Source of the DNA: Octopus sinensis
Lineage: Eukaryota
Direction: 5' to 3'
Assembly: GCF_006345805.1 (NCBI RefSeq)
Contig: NC_042999.1
Coordinates: 11,904,001-11,968,000, forward strand
Length of the DNA: 64,000 nt
This document shows positions 23,610 through 36,190 of the stretch, one piece after another. The position numbers were made by a program, and so were the translations under genes. The first letter of the stretch is position 1, and every line of letters starts with the position of its first letter. The notes under the pieces are model-generated. The model saw nothing but the letters and a program-made list of their open reading frames with translations, was not told the origin of the DNA and made no database searches.

Positions 23610-24839
23610 TATCAACTACAGCGATATCACCAGACCTACGCGTCGGATTAACAGCACCGTTGGCAACTCCAACAACAGCAGCAGCACTATCAATAACTCC
23701 AGGCCCGGAGCCAACGGAAGATACACCAAAGGCGTGAACACATCCAGCACTCAAGTTTGGAGATATATCAGGTCGGCCGGAACTGCCTTTAAGCGAAGCC
23801 TGTACAACCACAGGTCCTGTCACATCCCTGGCCAACCGCGTGTGGCGCCTTAAGGATGAAGAACCCCATACGAAATTAGATAGAGGATCATAGAGCAGCC
23901 GGAGTCCTATATAAATGGGAGCGGATGATGCAAGCTTTGCATAGCAGAGCGGATAAGGATCCTTAAAGACTCACGAGAACCTTAATCCCTTTTAAACTCA
24001 AGACTTGAGATCTATAGTCCCTGCCCCTATATCAAACGCTGCCTGTTGCAGGCGTGGGATACCTTGTTTGCCGTTTAGACCTGTAAAAAGTTCTTGCAGA
24101 CCGTAAGCAGTCTAAGAGCGGAGATTTCCTGCTCGCCCTTAAACTCCATAATTTTGCCAACCCCACCGGTCTAAGGGTGATAACTCGTCCTATTTAAAGC
24201 TCAAATAGTGTATATTATTCTTTTGTTTACAAATTAACTCACCGTAATGGTTTTTTTACCTCCAATTTGAAGAGAGGTTATATGCCTTCCGCCATTAGAG
24301 TCATCTATAAAGCTAAGTGCTTTATGGATGCGAAACCATTGGTTACTCAATGACCGGACATATGTTTAACTGCATGTATGCCCGTAGTTGTCCACTACCG
24401 CCGCTTGACAACCGGTAATGGTTTGTTTACGTCCCCGAAAATTAGAATATGTACCAGGTTTTAAAATATGTACTGGGATAGATTCGTTCGACTAAAAAAA
24501 TTCTTCAAGGCGGCGCCCCAGCATGGCCGTAGACACAAATAAAAAATAAAAGATATTCTTTTATTCATTTATATGTTTCAGCCTTGAGGGTGCGGCTATG
24601 CTGGTGTACCACCAGTATGTGTGTGTGTGTGTGTGTGTGTGTGCGGATCAAAATAGTTTTGAACTCTCAATAAATGTGTTGAATACTCTTCTTTCGTTTA
24701 TCTACTCGCTCGTGTATATATATACATATATATACCAAAATATATCACAATATATTTTAACTAACGTAAAGTTCGCTTATGTTTAGACACTACTTAGCGC
24801 TGATACTGTTATATATATATATATTATATATATAATATA

Positions 24840-24901
<62 letters not shown>

Positions 24902-24946
24902 ATATATATATAATATATATATATTATATGTATGTATGTATGTATG

Positions 24947-25009
<63 letters not shown>

Positions 25010-25019
25010 GAATAAATAA

Positions 25020-27005
25020 ATGGAGTTTGACGCAGGTGTAAATTAAATATTTTTACTTTCGACACATGTTCGAAAATTCCACTGATACTATTCAAAAGAA
25101 TAAATGGTATAAACAATGCAATCTTCTCTTCAGGAAAGTGAAAAAAAACGAAACTCGTCAATAAGACATTTTAGCCAAAAATGATGGATTTGTACAGCGA
25201 TTGACTGAACGCTATTAATATTGTTTAAAAAAACGTTATGTGATATAACATCATAAGGAGCTTACAGAAAGAGTAGGGATATTAATAGTGAATGTTAAAT
25301 ATAAAGGAAATTTAAGTTTTAATTATATATAATGATAGAAACTACTTATATGCACTAAATGTGTGTTTTTGCCAATGTTTACATCTGTATGCTCGCTCTA
25401 TAACCGTGTTTACTAGGGGATTTTTAGAAAAAATAATGAAAAATAGCTCAGAATTGCAGAGAAGACAGAATTCCTTGCCTTTGTCATAAGGTATCAAGAT
25501 TGAGAGAATCAACCATTCTAAATGAAATTGTTCATTGTGGTCTTTTAGATCCCAAATCAGTTTGCTGAGACCGGTACTATTACGTTTATTTCTATCCCTA
25601 AATGTTGAGTAATGGATAGAAATTCTTTTAGATAACTCTAACGATGTGCTTCCAATGTAAAATGGTACTTTATTACGAGTGCTGATTATACACTGGTATA
25701 TAGAATTTTTAATCTTAGAGTTACTTGACATAAACTTAATTCTATTGGAATTGACTTCAGATACAATAACCTTGTTATTAATATTTCTAGAGGGTTGGAT
25801 GGTATTAGCTAAATTAATGTTAGTATTAGTAAATGTATTATTATTTAACAGTTTGTTGTCATGTGAAGAGATAATTTGTAAGAGATTTTTTGTGTTTGAA
25901 AAACCGATCCTAACCGTATGTGAATTGATAATAGAGTAATACCTAGAATTTTTTGGAAAATTCCTAACAATAGCTTGACGAAACAGCAGTGGGAGATTAG
26001 ATTTAATTTGTCTCTCATAAGGAATTATTAACCAAATATTTTTACTAGTATTCATAGTGTAATTATTTTTGAAGGTGTTATATTTACTTTTAGAACGATA
26101 ATAAGGGATTAAATAAGAGTTATCTGCCTTCATTCGCTTTGTATCGGTGCGTAAGTTATGTTTGTTATCAATAATTCTTTTACGACTAGAAATCTTATCT
26201 ACATTATTGAATTTACAATTAGACTGAGCAGAATCAATGTAGAAAATTTTCTCTGTATAACCTGCTTTAATTAAGGCAGAGTTATAGAATTCAGCGTTAT
26301 CATTGAAAATATCAACATTAGCAGATAATTTAGATAATCTAAATGAAATATTCTTAACTAAGTTCTTAGTAATTGCTCTAGGATGATTATTAAATTTGCT
26401 AATGTACTTAAGATTGGTCAACGGTTTACGATATGGGAAGTAAGAGTCACTGTGTAAATTAAGCGTAATATCTAAAAAGTTGGCATTCGTCATATCGTCA
26501 TCAAAAACGATTTTTAAGCCCATTCTACTGAAAAACAATTAACTAAACTATTCTTAACTTTTTGTACCTTTTGGTTGGAAACATTTTGGAGGTAAAGTAA
26601 ACAATCATCACGATATAGACCTCCATAAATGTTAGGGAACTCTTCTGCCATTTCAAAAAGAATATATATACAGACCACATCAGCTATTTGTGCTGAATCA
26701 GAACTTCCCATTGGTATATCGAAACTATCTGGTGTGTCTTTACGGACTCACAACTTATTATCAAATTTAATAATAAATAGATCTTCTGGCTGCCAAAACA
26801 ACATTAATTTCTTCTCGGGTGAGACCAGCTTTGTTATGAGCAAGCCAAAGTGCCTTATTCAGTACTATTGGATTGATAGATGAATAAAAATTGGAAATAT
26901 CAAACTGGATAAACTTAGTACTCACCTTATTGGTAATAGAACTAAACCAGTCAACTACTTCAAACGAATTAGTCCATAAACTAAGCTTTAATGTTTTAAT
27001 TAAAT
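25020..27005 (-). mobile_element. 5'-truncated Penelope-like element (RT + GIY-YIG, frameshifted)
   Basis: MGSSDSAQIAD and GLYRDD (26514-26711); FLDITL, YFPYRKP, NHP, SIYQC...FYIGST, CLLC, RCKH (25342-26538); HHR-like motif in the 3' repeat. Confidence 0.92.
25055..25139 (-). ncRNA. Type I hammerhead motif, one A missing from GAAA (probably inactive copy)
   Basis: actttc-CTGAAGA-[~53 nt]-GAA-CATGTG-TC/gaaagt. Confidence 0.65.
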
Positions 27006-27037
27006 TAGGAATATATATATATATTATATTATATTAT

Positions 27038-27445
27038 ATTAGAGACAAAACCACTATTAGGCAAATCAAACAATGAAAGACTTAAGCCAATACATATGAT
27101 TAATTTATATTATTTAAATATGTAACAATTATTAAAAAATATAATTAATATTGTTTAAAACTCGCCAAGAACAATTTTGAAACCACCTGATGAATGACTG
27201 CGACTCAAAAATTTAAAGACTGCAGGCAGGAAACGATCGTAGTGGATATTAATTATATTTTTTAATAATTGTTACATATTTAAATAATATAAATTAATCA
27301 TATGTATTGGCTTAAGTCTTTCATTGTTTGATTTGCCTAATAGTGGTTTTGTCTCTAATTTAATATAATATAATATTTTACTATAAAATTGGATTCAATC
27401 CTAAATCTGATTTTTCCCTGTAAGTTTGGATTTATTCCCTAATAT
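27038..27445 (+). mobile_element. PLE pseudo-LTR-like foldback with hammerhead in the spacer; partial copy 27590-27750
   Basis: Inverted arms 27038-27151 / 27246-27359; same family as 1076-1400. Confidence 0.75.
27183..27245 (+). ncRNA. Type I hammerhead ribozyme, canonical core
   Basis: ccac-CTGATGA-[tgactgc...gcaggca]-GAAA-CGATCG-TA/gtgg; palindromic stem III ACGATCGT; cut after 27241. Confidence 0.8.
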
Positions 27446-27471
27446 TATTATTATTATTATTATATTATTAT

Positions 27472-27507
<36 letters not shown>

Positions 27508-28389
27508 ATATATATATATTTAAAAGTTATAAGTTTAATTTATTTAAATAATATTTTAATTTTTAACTTTTATATTTTTAAATTAATTAATTTTATGTAT
27601 TGGCTTATGTTTTTCACTGTTTGATTTGCCTAATAGTGGTTTTATCTCTAATTTAATATAATATAATATAATATAATATATTTATACTATAAAATTGGAT
27701 TTAATCCTAAATCTAATTTTTCCCTGTAAGTTTGGATTTATTCCCTAATATTATTATTATTATATATATATATATATATCTCCTCTCTGATTCCTTCTTT
27801 CTCTCTCTTCTCTCTCTTTGTTGCGTTTTGTCCCCCTTTTCTCTCTCTCTCTTTCTTTTCTTTTCCCTCTTCTCTGTCACGTGACTGTTGGCCGAAATCT
27901 GCCTTTCAGCTCCTGACCCTCGTCGTGTTAACATCGTTGTTCTTCGTCCGCCGCTATAAAGGCTTTTTCCAATGCGCCAGAGAAAAAATTTGTTTGCTTG
28001 TTATCAGTCGTAAGACACTTGTTGTTTTCACCGTTAATGCTTCTGTATTTCATGTTTCTGTATTCCATTATTGTTTTTTGTTTTTTTTATATCTGTCCCT
28101 TTTGCTGTCCTGGTGTTCGTATGCATTCGATCCTTCTTCCAGGAAATCTACGCTTCCAGCTTAGTTTTTCTTGGAGGGCTGGCCGCGATCTAGTAATCTC
28201 AAGATTAATCAGCCGAAATTACTACGATGATCCGGTTCTTGACTGAAGACTGAGGGGTTCGAATGTCCTGTCCATGTTTATTGTATCGTCTTCTATGAGT
28301 TATACGTTCTTGTCCATGTTGTATTTTTCTACATACTTAATATATATATATATATATTATATATATATATAGATATATATATATATATA

Positions 28390-28423
<34 letters not shown>

Positions 28424-29249
28424 TGTGTGTGTGTATAAATTCGCTTGAAGTATTGATGTAGATGATTATAAGAGCCTAATACGCCAAAACAATATTCTAT
28501 TACCTCACATTTTTTGTTTAATGTGTCGGCAATATTTCGGGAAAAAGACTCCTTATAACTCAAGAAATAAAATAATCTGAGAGTTAGAAATGTTTCTATT
28601 GGCAAGCCATCCTGCTGTGTTCTTTTTAAGTCTAACTTGGGCGGTATTTGAACTCTGAGTACATAGAATCAGGAAAACTTTGGCAAATCATTCTATCCCC
28701 CGGGGATAAACAACCGCAACAAATATCGTAATACCTGCATTACAATTAACTTTCGTGAATGGTTGAATTCATTAGATTTTATTTTGTGTCTAAAACGACT
28801 AATGAGAATTTACAAACGTAACATCGAAATGTATTTATAACTAAACAGACACAAATGTGTGTGTGTGTGTGCGTGCGTGCGTCGTGTGTGTGTGTAACAT
28901 AAATTAGATGGAAACCAGGTGTTTTTTGAAAATAGTTTGAATTAAAATTATTTTTTCTCTTTTATATATATATGTTTATAAATCCCAAAACGAGGCTCAC
29001 ATTTGTTAGTAATTAATCTAAATTGGTTTATATATAGAATTTCATGATAAGCGGCGTAACAGATTTGGTGTATTTATAAATTTATATATGTATACGTGTG
29101 TATGTATGCATATATGTGTGTGTAAATGTATATATGTATGTACCTGTCTATCTATCTTTCTATCTACACACACAAACAAGCAAACTAACACGCGCGCGCG
29201 TGTGCGCAAACTCTCATATAAATAAATAAATAAATAAATAAATATATAT

Positions 29250-29970
29250 ATATATATATATATATATTTCGTTTTTGGATTTGGTTTGCAAGATTCTTTA
29301 TATGAGTTCGTGTGTTGAAGCATATTCTGTTGTGTCTGGGGAGAGTCATTCTCTTTTTGTGCCTTATAATGTAACACACATACGTACATGCATGCATGTA
29401 TAGGCACGTACACTGACCCATACGCATGCGCACAAACAAACAAAAGGGAACGCAGTGTGAATAACGGACAGTCAAGACTATTGAAAAGGTTGCAAGACGT
29501 AACGAAAATTTTAGGAAAATAAAAATAAGAAATAAGTGGCAATTTTACCGTTGAGTGTTTTATATTATAAGGCACAAAAAGAAAATTACTCTCCCCAGAC
29601 AAAACAGTATATATATATATATATATATTTCGTTTTTGGATTTGGTTTGCAAGATTCTTTATATGAGTTCGTGTGTTGAAGCATATTCTGTTGTGTCTGG
29701 GGAGAGTCATTCTCTTTTTGTGCCTTATAATGTAACACACATACGTACATGCATGCATGTATAGGCACGTACACTGACCCATACGCATGCGCACAAACAA
29801 ACAAAAGGGAACGCAGTGTGAATAACGGACAGTCAAGACTATTGAAAAGGTTGCAAGACGTAACGAAAATTTTAGGAAAATAAAAATAAGAAATAAGTGG
29901 CAATTTTACCGTTGAGTGTTTTATATTATAAGGCACAAAAAGAAAATTACTCTCCCCAGACAAAACAGTA
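29250..29970. mobile_element. Two near-identical 281-bp MITEs (29327-29607, 29688-29968) within a 361-bp tandem duplication
   Basis: ~43-bp TIR ctgttgtgtctggggagag...gtgccttataat / attataaggcac...ctctccccagacaaaacag; (TA)n at the unit junctions. Confidence 0.8.
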
Positions 29971-30889
29971 TATATATATATATATATGGTGCTGTCCCAC
30001 ATCAAAAACGGCGCGTGAGTGTTCTGTTACGAGGACAGAAGTCACTCTAGTAAACCTGAAGTAATCAGAAGAGCATTCACACGAATGACTTGTTGAACTG
30101 GGAAGCCTCAAAGTACAAGCACAAGAATGGCACATACACAACACACACACACGCACATACGCACACACACACACACGCACACACATACACACACGCTCGC
30201 ACACACACACACGCACACACACACACACACACACTATCAACAGAAAAAATATCCTACAATACACTTGATTTTTGTTTTCATTATTTACAATTTTATTATG
30301 CACCAAGAATTTTATTCGATTTGATGACTTCACAAATATATTTTCGGTCCTGGAGTTGTTTTACACAATCGATTAGAAGTTAGACGTCAGATTTACGTTA
30401 CTTTTAAATACAAAACTAACAAAGTTATTAGAAAAATACTAAGAGCCGCCATGTTATCAAATGGTGACTCTTAGATAAAGTGCGAACATGCATCTTGGAA
30501 AAGCTATTGACCACGAAATATCAGACCAAAAATATTGAATAGGGTCACAGAATTTATTTTTTCCATGCCCTCATCTATGTAAATGCCTTCTTAAAGCTCA
30601 TAACGATACCTTGATATCAAATAACAGGAAATATCAACAAAACACACATAGCCTTTTCAAATCCTGTGTGAATACACATTTCCGATGTTTTTTCGCTACT
30701 CTCTTTGTATGATTTATTCGTAATAAAGTGAGAGTGACCCCTTCCCTTTAATAAATCTATACATATAAATTGGACATGGGCGATTCTTTCTTGTCTTGGG
30801 ATTCATGGTCAAACGGCTGGGTGGAATTGCACGAAAAATTACACAGATGTGTAGAATGATCCAGTGGTGATGCTGGGCTTTGTTTTTTT

Positions 30890-31110
30890 TCACAGCTCCC
30901 ATGGTTACCAAGATAATCTACTATAATAATACTCTTGTGTTTATGAATGAGAAGGGAGGTGGTGATAGATGAATAAGGAAGGAACGGGTGATGCCATATT
31001 TTTTTCATAGCTCCCATGGTTACCGAGATAATCTATAATAATACTCTTGTGTTTAATGAATGAGAAAAGAAGGGGTAATAGATGAATAAGGAAGGAAGGG
31101 TGATGTCATA
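30890..31110 (+). repeat. 115-bp tandem repeat (2 units)
   Basis: agctcccatggttacc(a/g)agataatcta at 30894 and 31009. Confidence 0.85.
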
Positions 31111-31210
31111 CTTGGTAGCGGGATGATGAAAATTGTACGCGGAAAAAATAAATCAAACACCGTTTCAACTCTGTGTGAATATATGTGTGTGTATGTAAAA
31201 GTGGAGGTGT

Positions 31211-31251
<41 letters not shown>

Positions 31252-31513
31252 GTGTGTTTGTGTGCGTGTGTGTTTGTGTGTGTATGCGTTTGCGAGCGCA
31301 ATGGAAGTGGGATGGTTTATCTTTGTTCGCTTTGTATTTGAGTTTACTTTTTGATTTAGTTGAATGTTGGTTGTTTTTTTTCTTTTTGTTGATCAGTTAT
31401 TATTAGTGTTTTGACAGAAAAAATCATTCTAAAATTGTTTTCTAACGTAAGCGTGCCCAAAACATGTTGAATGCTTACACAGAACAGGTTTTACAGCCAC
31501 ATCATCCAAACCG

Positions 31514-31542
31514 ACCGGGTGAAACCGGGCTTAGCTGCGAGT
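31514..31542 (+). mobile_element. Possible Helitron 3' terminus
   Basis: Hairpin ccgg gtgaaa ccgg followed ~10 nt later by CGAGT (CTAGT-like); 5' end not located. Confidence 0.4.
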
Positions 31543-32082
31543 GAACATATAAATGCAAATATGCGAACATCTAAATAGATTCAGTACATGCATATTTTCA
31601 TACATACACACATATGTTTGAACGCAAAGAGATTGTAATAACATAGTTATAGCAGCCAGTGAGGACGCATGACCTTCTATTCAAACAGAATTAAAAAATA
31701 TTATCATTTTTTTTTAAGAACCAATGTCAGAAAATTTATTTGGAAACATTACCCGAAAAAAACATGTTATGGCGAAAGTAATTGCATTTATGTCCTGAAA
31801 GGCTATTCAGCTAATTTATACGTACATACGCGCGCGCGCGTGTGTGTACATACACACATGCATATATATATACATTTACTCACACACATACCACACACAC
31901 ACATTAACTAGCGACGCATGAAGCAGAATTGTTAGAAATATAGGTGTGTACAATTATATTTAGTTCGTTCGTGAGCATTCAGGTGTGGAAAGATTCTCGC
32001 TGTAAAAACCGTCTCAAGTGCAAATTTCGTAAGAACGCCAACACGATTCGATGACGTCATCTTAGTTCATTCTGTAAAATGG

Positions 32083-32230
32083 TTGGCGTTAGGAAAGGCA
32101 TCCAGCTGTAGAGGCCTTGGCAAAACAGACAATTGGAGCCAGGTGCAGCTCTCGGGTTTGCCAGCTCCTGTCCAACCCATGCCGACATAGAAAAACGGAC
32201 GTTAAATGACGATGATGGTGACGACAACGA
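32083..32230 (+). mobile_element. SINE/LINE tail fragment, RTE-like 3' end
   Basis: gttggcgttaggaaaggcatccagc...ccaacccatgcc...cggacgttaaatgacgatgatg with a GAT-type simple tail. Confidence 0.55.
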
Positions 32231-32419
32231 CGACACCTATACGTGTGCGCGTGTGCGCGCCTGTGTATATGCATGTGTATGTGTACATGTATTTCTGTCT
32301 GTATGTATGTTTTTATATATGGCTGGTTGGGTGGATGCACAGATATGTGTGTGTGTGTGTGTGTGTATGTGTGTGCTTGCTTATAGAACAATGAACACCT
32401 AGAGAATATTTTTTTTCTC

Positions 32420-33385
32420 TCTCTATTTTTCAGCTCAGAGCTGCGGCCATGCTGATGCACCGCCGTTTTGCTACACTGTTATTACTAAGAGCCACCTCTA
32501 ATATGTGACACTTGGTGAAGAATGGAGTTTGATATAGCTACCCTCATTTGCACCTCTCGCCGTGAGGTAGGTTCATCTAGGACTCTCGACAGGAAGAGAT
32601 CCAGCTTTGATTTAAAAACCGCTACATCTACTTTGTGCAAGTTCCTCAGACTCTTTGGAAGAATATTAAAAAGCTGCTGGCCCTTGAAACCCAGGCTGTT
32701 GCAGTAACAGGTCCTGAAGCGTGATGGCGTAGCTGGGATCTTTGGCACTATGCAGTGTCGTCCCGTTCCGGCATTGGTGTAGCTTTCAATGCCAAAATTT
32801 AGCACAATTCCTTCCAGGATCTTCCAGATATATATTACTGCATACCTCTCCCGTCTTCTCTCCAGGGAGTAGAGTCTTAGCAGTTTCAGCCTTTCCCAGT
32901 AGCTGAGCTGTTACAAAGAAACGATCTTCTTTGTGAATCTTCTCTGGATTGCTTCAAGGTCCGCTGTTAATTTCACACTGGTGAGTGACCATAGCTGTGA
33001 GCAGTAATCCAGGCGGCTGAGGACGAATGTCCGCCAGAGGACCATCATGGTTTCCTTATCTCTGGTTCTGAATGTTCTTAGGATCCATCCAGCCAGTCGT
33101 CTGCACTTTGTCGCCATCCTGGTAATGTGCACATGGAAAGAGGTATCATAACTCATGTCGATACCCAGGTCCCTCACTGACTTAGGCTCTGGGATTGAAA
33201 TTCCCTGTGGACCGGTGTACCTTGTAAGTTTCATATTCAGTTTTGGATGCTGGTAGCGCAGAGCTTGGAATTTTTCAGCATTAAACTGCATATTATTATC
33301 CTCAGCCGATCTGTGAATTGAGTCCAACTCCTGCTGCAGGCGTGCAACATCGCTGGGGTTCTGTAATTTCTGCGAGATATAAACA
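32420..33385 (-). mobile_element. CR1/L2-group LINE, 5'-truncated 3' end
   Basis: FNAEKFQ, VRDLGI, LSRLDYCSQLW, LEAIQRRFTK, YWERLK, YSLERRRER, LFNILP (32485-33390). Confidence 0.9.
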
Positions 33386-33912
33386 TACAACCTTTACTCA
33401 AATGAGCAACTTCTACAGTAACAAAGCCATGGCATACCTGACTAATAACTCCAACAGATGACCCTTACAAATGAAAACAAGAAATACCCTAAAGAACAAA
33501 AACATCAAGAAGCGATCAGCTTAAACTTACTACCGACCTACCTATATTCTTTTGTGAAATAAAGTTGACACACCCAATTACTAAGGGCTTCAATACTAGA
33601 CTTTGTACTACTGACCTTTACATTGCCAAAACAAAAGGTTACATCTAATAATACCAAAAACCTCAAAAATACTATCACGCTTACTCAGCAAAAGAGAAAC
33701 ACTTACAGGCTTGTTAACAAAATTCTTCACGCATGAATAAATTCTAAACATTAACCTAACTCCAAATTGGAGCAACTAAAATTTTTCCCAAAACACCTTC
33801 CCATAAGAACCAACATAAAAACCTAATCACCACTCCACTCAAACCCACACACCCAAAGATGACTTCAACTCAGCTGAGGCTATATAAAGACAAGACTAAC
33901 TCTAATGCACCG

Positions 33913-33956
33913 CAGTCCGACGATGGCTTAAGCTGGCCGGAACTTCGAAGTCACTG
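33913..33956 (+). ncRNA. Degenerate hammerhead motif (CCGACGA core; GGAA for GAAA)
   Basis: cagt-CCGACGA-tggc...gcc-GGAA-CTTCGAAG-TC/actg; palindromic stem III ACTTCGAAGT. Confidence 0.6.
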
Positions 33957-34247
33957 TCAACAGCATTCTTGTTTAAGAATAAATTTGTACTCGACAAAAC
34001 TAAAGAATAAATCATCAGATTAATGTAAAATTGTTTTTATTATAACTGAACATAAAAAAAGGATTAACCTGTGTGTGTGTGTGTGTGTGTGTGTCCACCT
34101 ACACACAACGTTTATATTAATACTGTATTAAAAGTTTCGATGACTCAAATTTTTCTTCTTCACTTACTATCAAAAGATGTAGGGAAGATGGATTATCGTC
34201 TAATATAAAGCTACCACGCATACAGAAAATGATACATACACACATAC

Positions 34248-34292
<45 letters not shown>

Positions 34293-34305
34293 TATATATA
34301 TATAT

Positions 34306-34493
<188 letters not shown>

Positions 34494-35702
34494 CATATAT
34501 AAAGAAAAAGAAAACGAACCTGGAAAATAAAGTAATTTAATTCAAGAGAGAAGGAGAAGAGAGGTCGAGATAAATAATTTGAGGTTGACGGAAGCAAGAT
34601 GGCCAGGAGCGACTGACTGGCTGGTCGGTCGGCTGGCTGGCTGGCTGGCTGGTCGGCTGCTTCGGTTGGCTGTCGGCTGACTTCAACGAATGGAAAGCAA
34701 AAATGATTGAGAAAGGAGCAGAAGAAACTGTTTGAAGAAGAGATTTATAATAAGGAAATAGCGTAAAGAGAGGGAGGGGGGGGGGATAAAGACACTGGGA
34801 TTGAGTAATCTTTTAGATAATAATAGCTCGTCTGTGTGTGTGTGTGTATATATATATAAATATATGAGTGTGTGTCTGTGTGTGTGTGTGGAGGGCACGT
34901 ATATTTATTTACAAAACTCATTCACATATATGTACAATGGCATTCATATAAACATATCTACACTCATATACACACTTACATACATATATCAGTACATCAT
35001 ATACATACATATATACATACATACTTGCATAGATATGTACATATACATATACATACATACATACGTATATTTATATATATATACACGCACGAACACCCAC
35101 ATATAGGTACATACACACGCATACATATATGCACTATTATACATATACATACACACACACACACATATATACACGTACTTACATGCATTCATTATGTATG
35201 TATGTATGTATGTATGTATGTATGTAGCTAGCTAAACTGGTTTGGTTGAACAGTAGTAGAAGTGTAGGACAAAAGCGTAGCTTACAAGCGGCAGGTGCAA
35301 GAAGGAATATAAAAAAAAAGTGAGCCAGTCAGCGAGTTTAGTGTGTTTTGTTGTTGGAAAGAAAAAGAACATAAAGACGCTCGTATATCATCGGTTTTAA
35401 GCTGGAGAGTACTGAAGAGATTTTAACACAAATCCCCTCATCCAATAACTTACTAAATTGAGTGCCTCTGAGTGTGTAATGTCTCTCAGATATTATGTGT
35501 GTGGTGGGGGAGGGGGTTCATGTATGAGTTCGTGTCACAGTGTATGCTTGAACCTATGCACGAGATGTTTTTTGTTAAATTTTCCAGTCAGGAGAGAAGG
35601 CATTGCTTATAGCTCTTGCCAGGCGCCCTCGAGACTAATGGGATTGAGGAAGGAAGGTACCATGAAACCAGGTACTTGACCTGAATACTTGCAAGAAAAT
35701 GG

Positions 35703-36190
35703 GGATCCCTTCAGTTTCACTCACAGATATTTTGTATACTGGTGTAATTTCTCACGCTGAACACGGTTTAGTTTCAACATTTAAAAAAATTTTTCGATCG
35801 CCTCTGTACGAGTGGTGAAAATGCAAATGTACAATGAGGCGATCGAATAGCAAAAATTTTTTAAAAGCGCGTAATATACAGCACAAGCAGTAAACAAAAA
35901 TAAAATAGAACAGAGTAGTGACATTTAGTAGAGATGACCCGGAAATTGTTGCTCTTCGATTACTATCGATACAGCAGTAGCTTTCTGCAGCTGAATACGC
36001 GTCGTTGATTGGTTAAAATTACCCAAATACGACAACTTTAACACGAAATACCTTCTAAAATACGAAATTTTTCAAAAATGTTGAATGTAAACCCTGTTCA
36101 GCGTGAGAAATTACACCAGTATACGAAGTTTCAAACTGTTTAGTTAAAAGAATATGATTAAAATATCTGTGAGCGAAACTGAAGAGATCC
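35703..36190. mobile_element. MITE with 8-bp TSD and GG-starting TIRs (Merlin-like)
   Basis: TSD gaaaatgg at 35695-35702 and 36191-36198; 31-bp TIR ggatc(c/t)cttcagtttc(a/g)ctcacagatatttt plus inner IR gtatactggtgtaatttctcacgctgaac. Confidence 0.8.

Larger units (their letters stand above)
22824..23853 (+). pseudogene. GC-rich ORF island of unknown origin (Pro/Thr/Ala-rich or Ser/Thr/Gly-rich frame), split by a SINE
   Basis: Two overlapping + frames run through a 45-bp minisatellite and stay open across the site once 23372-23622 is removed (~220 aa and ~240 aa); no recognised domain. Confidence 0.45.

Noticed and set aside
28180-28235. ggctg...cagcc hairpin followed by GAAA
   Set aside because: No recognisable CUGANGA or stem I.
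35570-35680. Possible plus-strand exon (ttttccag ... CAG/gtact)
   Set aside because: The peptide has no recognisable features and splice-like motifs are common by chance.
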